Shown: positions 9,459 to 16,735 of the stretch, piece after piece | Layout: each line of letters begins with the position of its first letter | How positions within the stretch are numbered: the stretch's first letter is position 1 | IMG/VR virus record: IMGVR_UViG_3300002307_001710 | Span: 1 to 30,623 of that record | DNA from: a virus | Lineage: Duplodnaviria > Caudoviricetes | Direction: 5' to 3' (one strand) | DNA length: 30,623 bases | The notes under the pieces: generated by a model | Databases searched by the model: none | Seen by the model: only the letters and a program-made list of their open reading frames with translations | What the model was told of the DNA's origin: nothing | Made by a program: the position numbers and the translations under genes

Positions 9459-10131
9459 ATCCTTCAACGTGTATCGGATTCATTGAGATAGTTTTATCAT
9501 GAGGGATATACAAATAATGACACCTCTCCCAGTTACACATGGGTTTACCAAACTCTTCTATCATTGTGTAAAAACATTGCTTAATGATATCAGCATAGTC
9601 GTAAAATAATGATGAACAAAACGAGAATAGTCTAGTTTCAAAATAGGTAACCGTTTCTCTGTGAGTTGTAAAGTTATCAACACTAACATCCCAATCATTA
9701 ATCCTAAAAGCATACTTGCCATTGAACTTAGGATCATTGTACTCTCTTATATCAAATCCATCTGCCAACCTATATCTCGCAGCCATTTTAAAGATTCGCT
9801 TCCCTACTAACGATAACTGTTCGATTTTTGTCAAGGCATGAAATACTAAGGATGCTTCTCCTAACCCTTTAGAACCTACGCCATTTGCAAAAACTGTAAA
9901 TAGGCTAGGCTCAAGATACTCACAAAACTCTGCCTTTGATTCTAATTCACTTTTCTGTTCGTCAGCCAATGGATTAATTGAGTTATCGACAAAAATAATT
10001 ATTGCGTTATCAACCTTTCTTCTAATCGAGTCAAGAGTTCCTAGAGTTTCTTGGAATCTTTTCTCGTTTTCAATTGTACCGATTGAAGCATTTATTGTCG
10101 AACACACTATAAAAGTATAAAAGTCATTCAT
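9424..10131 (-). CDS. Hypothetical protein, possibly glycosyltransferase-like
   Basis: Start re-called at ATG 10131 (TAATG coupling to the upstream stop). Motifs RFQETLGTLDSIR, FVDNS and IFKMAARY.L. The functional guess rests mainly on context. Confidence 0.6.
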   Translation of the reverse strand: MNDFYTFIVCSTINASIGTIENEKRFQETLGTLDSIRRKVDNAIIIFVDNSINPLADEQKSELESKAEFCEYLEPSLFTVFANGVGSKGLGEASLVFHALTKIEQLSLVGKRIFKMAARYRLADGFDIREYNDPKFNGKYAFRINDWDVSVDNFTTHRETVTYFETRLFSFCSSLFYDYADIIKQCFYTMIEEFGKPMCNWERCHYLYIPHDKTISMNPIHVEGFNAENGVHRTE

Positions 10132-11540
10132 TATAAAAACTCTGCCTGAATAAATTCTTTTGCTTGTGACATAGGATCGTTCCACACTTTCGGCTTAACT
10201 TGCCTGAAGAATCTAAAGTTGTCACCGTACCATAAACTAGTATAAGGGGGTCTATCCTTAGGAGTTGTTAGATATGTAAAATATGCTGCGATTGGTACAA
10301 ATACTATCGTTTTCGTTCCTACAGCACCAGCTAAATGTACTACCGAAGTACATGTGGACACTACAATGTCTAAATTTTCAATCAGTGCTAATGTATCGTC
10401 AAAAGAATTAATTTGATCAGCAACATCGAGTAACTCTGGACATTTTCGTGATTCGTCTTCGCCATCACCTTTTTGCAATGAATAGTATTCTACATCATAC
10501 CCGTCAAACGTCTCGTGAAGGAAATCCATCATATTATTAAGTTCAATATGACGATACAGTAATTGATTATTTCTCATGTTACCAATAAACCTAACACCAA
10601 CTTTGAGTTTTTCAGATTCCTGAACCCATTGCCATTTTTCTCTTGCGGTGTTAGATGCCCATAAGTAATTTTCAGTTAGCATGTCTTCGGGTTTCATATT
10701 TAGATACAATGGAACTTCAAATGCAAAGCACCACAATGCATCTTCATCTTCAACATCTTCCCAACGTGTCACCGAAGTATACCCACAACGATTAAAAATA
10801 TCAACAATATCTTGACTAGCATTGCAATATACAGGATTGAATCCTGCACTTTTAAGTTTCTGCCAATATGAAATCGCAATAAAGGAATCGCCAAATCCGC
10901 CGCCAGACATATACATGATTATAGTTTTTCCCGGATATAATCCTCCATTCCAATATTTCAAAGGAATTTCTTTATTGTTAAACCAGAGATCGAGTTTCTT
11001 TACATTGATTAAGAACCCTCCTAACCCTTTTAAGAAGTGCCCGGCCTCCATATCATACGTTCCAAGATTAAAATTTACGATATCCCTATGCCTTTCACCG
11101 AGTAAATGTTCGTTTAACTTCAACTCTCTCAATATTTTCTCAGCAGGAGCTTTCTGTCCATTAAGGAAATAAGAAAATACCATCTCTAATAAAGTATCTG
11201 GATTGTTTGGATTCGCTGCTAAATTTTGTTCTGAATAAACTAAAGACTTAACAGGATCATTAAAATTGTTGTACATCTTACCTAAGTTAGATCGTACGTT
11301 ATATTTCTGTTCTTCTGTTTCACATAACTCTAATGTTTTTAACGAATATTGTTCTGCTTTTTCATAATTCCTTACATCATAATACAGTTTAGCAATACAA
11401 TTAACTGCTTCTATATGCAATGCTGCCGAAGCAAATGCATCGATAACTTGTTCTGCTAGTGGTTCAAGTTGACCCTTGATCAGTTGTTTGACCACAAAGA
11501 CCAACGGGTCATTCCCACCGTACGTATCATTTTGATCCAT
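10131..11540 (-). CDS. TPR-repeat protein with a C-terminal GT9-like (heptosyltransferase-type GT-B) domain
   Basis: N-terminal TPR-like helices (NLGKMY..., NPNNPD...), GGFGDSF, YSLQKG and SFDDTLALIENLDIVVSTCTSVVHLAGAVG. SD AAGGGA upstream. Confidence 0.8.
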   Translation of the reverse strand: MDQNDTYGGNDPLVFVVKQLIKGQLEPLAEQVIDAFASAALHIEAVNCIAKLYYDVRNYEKAEQYSLKTLELCETEEQKYNVRSNLGKMYNNFNDPVKSLVYSEQNLAANPNNPDTLLEMVFSYFLNGQKAPAEKILRELKLNEHLLGERHRDIVNFNLGTYDMEAGHFLKGLGGFLINVKKLDLWFNNKEIPLKYWNGGLYPGKTIIMYMSGGGFGDSFIAISYWQKLKSAGFNPVYCNASQDIVDIFNRCGYTSVTRWEDVEDEDALWCFAFEVPLYLNMKPEDMLTENYLWASNTAREKWQWVQESEKLKVGVRFIGNMRNNQLLYRHIELNNMMDFLHETFDGYDVEYYSLQKGDGEDESRKCPELLDVADQINSFDDTLALIENLDIVVSTCTSVVHLAGAVGTKTIVFVPIAAYFTYLTTPKDRPPYTSLWYGDNFRFFRQVKPKVWNDPMSQAKEFIQAEFL

Positions 11541-11551
11541 TTTTATCCCTT

Positions 11552-12280
11552 CTATAATACCAATTGGCCATGGTATGTGGTTTTATAACAATTATGCCAA
11601 AATCTTTTCAATGTGCCTTTTCCATTTAATACATGAAACGGTAAGGTGTGTATCATTTCTCTTCCGTTGTAATAATAAACAAGTTCCGGGCCCTGATCTA
11701 ATGCCGCAGCAAAATGTGAAACTCCTGTACTCCCCCCGATAAAAATTGTAGACTCCATTATATGTTTTATGTTACTCATAAAATCAATACTGAGAGAAAA
11801 GCCATATAGATTAATGCCTTCTTGTGGAATATCTTTTGCGCAAACTAACTTTTGATAATCGGGGTACTTTTCGGAATATTCTTTCAAAATTTTATCTAGC
11901 AAGTTATCCGGCCAATTCCTATGCACATGATATTCTGCATCGTAAATCGGAAATACTACAATTTTCTTTTTAGTCTCTCTATCATTGGGGATCGATACCA
12001 CATCGCCACATATGTCCCTAAAATCCCATAACATGAGTTCGTGATACGGAAGATCTTGATAACCCTCAGTGTCAGAGAAACAATCTGTCTGGTTCTTTAA
12101 AAAATCATAAAACTTTCGGCAATAGTCTTGATTAACAATCACATTTGGGTGTACATAAAGTTTAATATTAGAATTATCTTCTTGTATTCTAAACCATTGT
12201 AGAAAGTTAATTATGGCAATCATGTCGCCGTTTCGAATGCCGTAATTGTTAAAAGTGCCGGGATAAACGTTATAGATCAT
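11552..12280 (-). CDS. Small GT9-like glycosyltransferase
   Basis: N-terminal NGDMIA, HRNWP and C-terminal IFIGGSTGVSHFAAAL (compare GT9 F.G.DSG..H.AAA). Confidence 0.65.
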   Translation of the reverse strand: MIYNVYPGTFNNYGIRNGDMIAIINFLQWFRIQEDNSNIKLYVHPNVIVNQDYCRKFYDFLKNQTDCFSDTEGYQDLPYHELMLWDFRDICGDVVSIPNDRETKKKIVVFPIYDAEYHVHRNWPDNLLDKILKEYSEKYPDYQKLVCAKDIPQEGINLYGFSLSIDFMSNIKHIMESTIFIGGSTGVSHFAAALDQGPELVYYYNGREMIHTLPFHVLNGKGTLKRFWHNCYKTTYHGQLVL

Positions 12281-12325
12281 ATTGTATTTTATGCTTTATT
12301 ACGCTGGCCGTATTCATTATTGAAC

Positions 12326-12336
12326 TTTGATAAATA
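12326..12336 (+). promoter_or_regulatory. T4-late-like promoter box TTTGATAAATA
   Basis: Sits 18 nt before ATG 12355. The identical 11-mer occurs at 16691-16701 before the giant virion gene. Confidence 0.6.
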
Positions 12337-12354
12337 CTGAAAAAGAGATTAATC

Positions 12355-13860
12355 ATGAGCAAACCATTCGACATCCAAAACGATAAAGTCATTATCTCGA
12401 CTCTGAATCTTCAGAGTTTGGAGGGAACTATAACACATACAGGTTCGCTTGAAGTGTTAGGTAATACTAAATTTCGAAGTAACTTAAATGTTGTAGGGAC
12501 ACTTACGGCAGGAACGCTTCAAGTAGATAACTTAATTGTCAACAATAATCCATTACAAACTAGTGCAAGTTGGAGTGGGACTTCCGAGAATGAGGTTGTT
12601 GGACAAGGTTTAAGTTGGTCATGGGGTAAAGACGGTGTAAAGTTAATATATCGACAAGGTAAAAAGTTATGGTCTAATGCTGATTTCGACCTTGCCGCAG
12701 GACAAACATACAAAATCGATGATATCGAAGTAATCGGGTTTGACTATTTAGGGTCACAAGTTACTAAAAGCAATCTAAGAAAAGTAGGCACATTAGATTC
12801 ATTAGATGTTTCCGGTAATGCATCTGTTGGGCAATTTGCATTCTTTAATGAAGCATTATGCCGTTTAGGGATTAATACAGAGCAACCAAATGGGATCTTA
12901 AGTGTTGCAGAAAATAATGTTGAATTTATTATTGCCGCCCCTAATTACGGTGTGGCTACTGTTGGTACTTATACTAACAGCGATGTGTCAATTATTACCG
13001 ATAACACTCCTCGAGTTACTGTAAAAAATACCGGGGAGGTAATATTCGGTAGCGCACTAACTAACTCGGCTATAGTTACAATTAACGGAACTCTTAATGT
13101 AACTACACTATTATCTGATACTAGAGTTGATACTTACAGTCCAATCGAATTTAAACCAAGCGATAATAATTCAATTTATGGATTAGGACTGGTTTGGAAA
13201 GATACAACAATTCCGACCCGATTCGTTCTACAACCAAATCCAGATCGGTTATTCAGCACCATTTCAATTGATCTCGACGCTAATCAATCATACTATATTA
13301 ATGAACAACCTGTATTATCGAAATCGGGATTAGGAACGACCGTAGTTGACTCAAACCTTACTAGTGTAGGAACATTAAATTCACTATTAGTTAGTGGAAA
13401 TTCGGATGTCGGCGGCGCAATTACATCGCGTACTAGTGTGTTAACTCCTTTATTAAAAGTATCTAATAATAATAGCTCGATTGATTTGACAAGTGATAGA
13501 CTTAATATCAGTAAGAATTTTGCAATCTCGGTAGCATTTGACAATCTGTTTTATGCCGATGCTATGAATATTTCGTTAGGTAATAAATTAAATTCGAATC
13601 GTACAATAAACTTATACGGACAAGTTGGAATCGGGTTATCTAGTATCGACCCATCAGTCAGTCTCGATGTGTCCGGGAGCGTTAGATTCTCTGGAAAGAA
13701 GTTTATTACTGGTAATTCATCTCCGGCTCAAGGGTCATTTGCAAAAGGAGATATTTGCTGGAATCAAACCCCAGTGCCTGGTAGTTACATTGGTTGGGTT
13801 TGTATCGCAGATGGTGGGCCGGGCCAATGGGCTCCGTTCGGTTCCATTTCTCAACAATGA
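12355..13860 (+). CDS. Virion fibre-like structural protein
   Basis: Beta-rich and S/T/N/G-rich, with a duplicated 46-aa unit ending SNL..VGTL.SL.VSGN, LGINTEQP and VGIG motifs, and a C-terminal GDICWN..P..G.YIGWVC...G.PGQW.PFG module seen in phage fibre/spike proteins. Confidence 0.7.
   Translation: MSKPFDIQNDKVIISTLNLQSLEGTITHTGSLEVLGNTKFRSNLNVVGTLTAGTLQVDNLIVNNNPLQTSASWSGTSENEVVGQGLSWSWGKDGVKLIYRQGKKLWSNADFDLAAGQTYKIDDIEVIGFDYLGSQVTKSNLRKVGTLDSLDVSGNASVGQFAFFNEALCRLGINTEQPNGILSVAENNVEFIIAAPNYGVATVGTYTNSDVSIITDNTPRVTVKNTGEVIFGSALTNSAIVTINGTLNVTTLLSDTRVDTYSPIEFKPSDNNSIYGLGLVWKDTTIPTRFVLQPNPDRLFSTISIDLDANQSYYINEQPVLSKSGLGTTVVDSNLTSVGTLNSLLVSGNSDVGGAITSRTSVLTPLLKVSNNNSSIDLTSDRLNISKNFAISVAFDNLFYADAMNISLGNKLNSNRTINLYGQVGIGLSSIDPSVSLDVSGSVRFSGKKFITGNSSPAQGSFAKGDICWNQTPVPGSYIGWVCIADGGPGQWAPFGSISQQ
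12682..13401 (+). repeat. Two 138-nt (46-aa) internal repeat units
   Basis: 12682-12819 DFDLAAGQTYKID...LGSQVTKSNLRKVGTLDSLDVSGN versus 13264-13401 SIDLDANQSYYIN...LGTTVVDSNLTSVGTLNSLLVSGN. Confidence 0.85.
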
Positions 13861-14213
13861 ACGATAACGTTAAAAAAATATTATTACAACATGAGAAAGA
13901 TTTAGCTCGTATAACCTTCCACCGAAAATTATGGTTGTACGCTAGTTCGATTATCTTTTTAGGTATTATTTTTTTAATTTTTTGTTGGGAATGGCTGTCA
14001 ACGTTACACTCTGATGAAATATGGTGGACGGTGGTAAGTGCTATTCTTATAGTTTCAGTTAATTGGTGGTATTGGGCTATGAAGGTAGTTCGTACTATTA
14101 TCAGGTATCAACATCTCGAGTATGATCTTCTCGAAAGTATAATACATGATCTTCAAGAAATTAGAACCGATTTAAAATCTTCAAAGCCTCGAGATATTGA
14201 CAAACACAAATAA
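13857..14213 (+). CDS. Small two-TM membrane protein
   Basis: Start re-called at ATG 13857 (ATGA overlap). Two Trp-rich hydrophobic segments (LWLYASSIIFLGIIFLIFCW and IWWTVVSAILIVSVNWWYW) and a charged coiled-coil-like tail. Confidence 0.7.
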   Translation: MNDNVKKILLQHEKDLARITFHRKLWLYASSIIFLGIIFLIFCWEWLSTLHSDEIWWTVVSAILIVSVNWWYWAMKVVRTIIRYQHLEYDLLESIIHDLQEIRTDLKSSKPRDIDKHK

Positions 14214-14224
14214 TATAGTATAAT
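14197..14224 (+). promoter_or_regulatory. Sigma70 consensus promoter for queD
   Basis: TTGACA (14197-14202), 16-nt spacer, TATAAT (14219-14224). SD GAGGT precedes ATG 14248. Confidence 0.8.
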
Positions 14225-14247
14225 TAACCTATACACTTGAGGTAATT

Positions 14248-14790
14248 ATGACTTATATTATAGACAAAACTTTAGAATGCTGTTATGGGCATCGCGTATG
14301 GACCCAAAAACTTAACGGCGAATATGCAGCCGATCTTAAATGTGCTTGCAGACACTTACACGGCCACGAAGGTAAAATTCAAATACATCTTTCTGCACTT
14401 GTCCTCGATCAGACAGGCATGGTTACTGACTTTAGGCATTTAGAATGGTTAAAGAGGTGGATCAATACTTATATCGATCACCAATTCATTATCGACATGC
14501 ACGATCCATTGTATGATCAGATAATTGGAGCCAGAGAATTAGTACCAGTTTACGTTCCAGAAACAGATTATGTCACTGGTTACCACCTCGACCTAAGCGA
14601 CTTAGATCCTAGCACTCCGGAGTATGAGTATTATGAAGGATTTATGATCGTCGACTTTGTTCCAACAAGTGAAAATCTTAGTAAATGGATGGCTGACTTA
14701 GTTGATGAAAAAATGAAAAAGCTCGGAGTTACAGTTGATAGTGTTGAATGGTGGGAAACTCCTAAGAGCCGTTCTATATATTATCGTTGA
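14248..14790 (+). CDS. queD: 6-carboxy-5,6,7,8-tetrahydropterin synthase, long form
   Basis: YGHR, CRHLHGH, GMVTDF, IDH, PTSENL and WETP (PTPS/T-fold motifs). Confidence 0.9.
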   Translation: MTYIIDKTLECCYGHRVWTQKLNGEYAADLKCACRHLHGHEGKIQIHLSALVLDQTGMVTDFRHLEWLKRWINTYIDHQFIIDMHDPLYDQIIGARELVPVYVPETDYVTGYHLDLSDLDPSTPEYEYYEGFMIVDFVPTSENLSKWMADLVDEKMKKLGVTVDSVEWWETPKSRSIYYR

Positions 14791-14816
14791 CACCCTCGCA
14801 TTTGACCTGTTATAAT
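14787..14816 (+). promoter_or_regulatory. Sigma70 consensus promoter with extended -10, overlapping the queD stop
   Basis: TTGACA (14787-14792), 18-nt spacer, TGn-TATAAT (14811-14816). Confidence 0.8.
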
Positions 14817-14822
14817 CTACAC

Positions 14823-14987
14823 ATGACAACATATACTGTAACAATAGAAAAAGATCCCGATACTGGAGAATTAATATTACCAATTCCGCCCGAGCTTCTT
14901 GAAGAACTAGGATGGAAAGAAGGTGATACATTAGTTTGGACAATTAACAAAGACGACACAGTAACATTACATAAACGCGATGAATAA
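14823..14987 (+). CDS. AbrB/MazE/SpoVT-like small DNA-binding protein (54 aa)
   Basis: GELILPIPPELLEELGWKEGDTLVW is the swapped-hairpin signature. ATG 14823 is preferred because the TTG at 14787 is the -35 box. Confidence 0.82.
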   Translation: MTTYTVTIEKDPDTGELILPIPPELLEELGWKEGDTLVWTINKDDTVTLHKRDE

Positions 14988-15996
14988 AATTGGTTTTGCT
15001 TGTAAGTGGATTGATCATGCCGGACAGGTCAATGGTATTAAACCGACTGACGACTGTAAGAAGTACAACACAGGTACTACTACAGTTGCATGGCTTAGAC
15101 GCCAAACAACAGATGTTGCTAACGAAAAGCTCTGGAACCTTATGGTTCAGAATATAGAAGCAACATACAGGCTTGTAGAACGAGTAGGAGAATTAGATGA
15201 GCATCTTAGAATGGTTCGTATCAGCAGCGATCTTTTACCTGTCTATACACATAATGATTTCAAGCATTTCTGGCATCAAACAGATGTTAGAGATTATGCG
15301 GCAAGGCATTTTGCGGAAATTGGACGTATTGCCCGGAATCGCGGTGTACGTTTGTCTTTTCATCCTGGTCAGTTTTGTTGTATCGTCAGTGATAATCCGG
15401 ATGTTGTTTACAGGAGTTTAGAAGAACTTGAGTATCACACAGATATGTTGCGATGGATGGGGTACGGAAAAACATTCCAAGATTTTAAATGTAATGTTCA
15501 TTTAAGCGGTAGGCTGGGGGTAGATGGGTTTAACGCTGGTTGGAATCAAATGTCTCCTGAACTGCGCAACTGTTTAACTTTAGAAAATGACGAATATCAA
15601 AAAAATATCAACGAATTACTCAAACTAAAGGATAAAGTTGCTATTGTTTTGGATATACACCATCACTTAATTAGCGACGGTGAATATATTAGTACTACGG
15701 ATAGTCGAATTAAACACATCATTGATAGTTGGCGAGGAGTACGACCAGTAATCCATTACAGTCAATCTCGAGACGAATATATTGGAGAATTTTCAAATCG
15801 AATTCCAACGTTAACTGAAATGTTGTCTATTTCAAATAAATCGAAATTACGGGCACATAGTGATTTTTACACTAATCAGCACACCAACAATTGGGCACTT
15901 CAACACTTAGAGTGGGCAGATATTATGGCGGAGTCGAAGTCAAAAAATCTCGGTGCTCAACAATTATTTAATCAGATGTTGGAGAAATGCTATTAA
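14980..15996 (+). CDS. uvsE: UV DNA damage endonuclease
   Basis: IGFAC, RISSDLLP, RLSFHPGQF, LTLENDE, LDIHHH, VIHYS, AHSD and MAESKSK. Confidence 0.92.
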   Translation: MNKIGFACKWIDHAGQVNGIKPTDDCKKYNTGTTTVAWLRRQTTDVANEKLWNLMVQNIEATYRLVERVGELDEHLRMVRISSDLLPVYTHNDFKHFWHQTDVRDYAARHFAEIGRIARNRGVRLSFHPGQFCCIVSDNPDVVYRSLEELEYHTDMLRWMGYGKTFQDFKCNVHLSGRLGVDGFNAGWNQMSPELRNCLTLENDEYQKNINELLKLKDKVAIVLDIHHHLISDGEYISTTDSRIKHIIDSWRGVRPVIHYSQSRDEYIGEFSNRIPTLTEMLSISNKSKLRAHSDFYTNQHTNNWALQHLEWADIMAESKSKNLGAQQLFNQMLEKCY

Positions 15997-16072
15997 GATA
16001 TGATTCCCAACTGCTAACCACTACAGTCTACGCAGATAAACATCAGTTTATTATACATGCGTTATCACAATG

Positions 16073-16099
16073 AAAGGGCTTAAACAGCCCTTTTATTTT
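16073..16099. terminator. Intrinsic terminator, possibly bidirectional
   Basis: AAAGGGCT-TAAAC-AGCCCTTT followed by TATTTT, lying between convergent genes. Confidence 0.78.
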
Positions 16100-16349
16100 A
16101 CTTCTTCTTTGAAGGTCTTCCGCGTTTCTTAGTAGGAGTTGCTTCTACCTTAACTGCTTTTAATGCAGGCTTTTCACGCTTCTTCGGTTCTCTCTTTGCC
16201 GCGGGCTTCTTCGGTAATGCTGCCTTAGGTTTTTTCTTTTCAATTACTATAACTTTTTCTTGTTCGATTACAGGGGCAGGAGTTGCTTCTTCAACTGGGG
16301 CCCAGATGTCTCCACCGATTCCAAACAATTTTTTGAAAAAATCAATCAT
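16098..16349 (-). CDS. Small Lys/Pro/Ala-rich basic protein with a C-terminal AT-hook-like motif
   Basis: SD AAGGAG, N-terminal MIDFFKKLFG and C-terminal TKKRGRPSKKK. Confidence 0.8.
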   Translation of the reverse strand: MIDFFKKLFGIGGDIWAPVEEATPAPVIEQEKVIVIEKKKPKAALPKKPAAKREPKKREKPALKAVKVEATPTKKRGRPSKKK

Positions 16350-16368
16350 ATATTTTCTCCTTTGTAGG

Positions 16369-16659
16369 TTATTTATAATGTCCTATCTGTTTAAGACTTG
16401 AAACTGGCGTATCCCAAAACCGCCGTTGCTCGACTCCTTTTTCTTGAGCGAATCTTTTTGCATCGCAATCGGTACATACATGGTAAAAATTATTGCTTAA
16501 TCGAGACTGGGTCATTGCTCCCTTATCTCGTTGAAATGCATTTCCGCACGAGTCACATCTCAAATGAACAACAGTTTTCTTTCGGTTGTATGTATGCAGG
16601 GTACCTAACTTACTTGTTCTTTCGTGCGTTGTGATAATAAACTCTGTATTAATAACCAT
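16369..16659 (-). CDS. Small zinc-ribbon protein
   Basis: CDSC...CTDC; divergent from the giant virion gene. Confidence 0.75.
   Translation of the reverse strand: MVINTEFIITTHERTSKLGTLHTYNRKKTVVHLRCDSCGNAFQRDKGAMTQSRLSNNFYHVCTDCDAKRFAQEKGVEQRRFWDTPVSSLKQIGHYK
16370..16377 (-). promoter_or_regulatory. T4 late promoter consensus TATAAATA
   Basis: Exact octamer on the minus strand, overlapping the upstream gene's stop, 20 nt before ATG 16349. Confidence 0.65.
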
Positions 16660-16690
16660 AATATTATTTACATTAAGGTTATAAAAATGG

Positions 16691-16701
16691 TTTGATAAAT
16701 A
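16691..16701 (+). promoter_or_regulatory. T4-late-like promoter box TTTGATAAATA
   Basis: Upstream of SD GGAG and ATG 16736; identical to 12326-12336. Confidence 0.6.
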
Positions 16702-16735
16702 TTAAATAGAATCATAAAATGGCTGGAGTTTATAT

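Noticed and set aside
14214-14247. preQ1 riboswitch upstream of queD
   Set aside because: The leader after the promoter is under 25 nt and has no preQ1 stem or A-rich tail.
13794-14822. ORF-track starts at 13794 and 14787 (also 10185, 8613 and 7423)
   Set aside because: Downstream ATGs fit better with stop-start coupling, SD position or promoter position.
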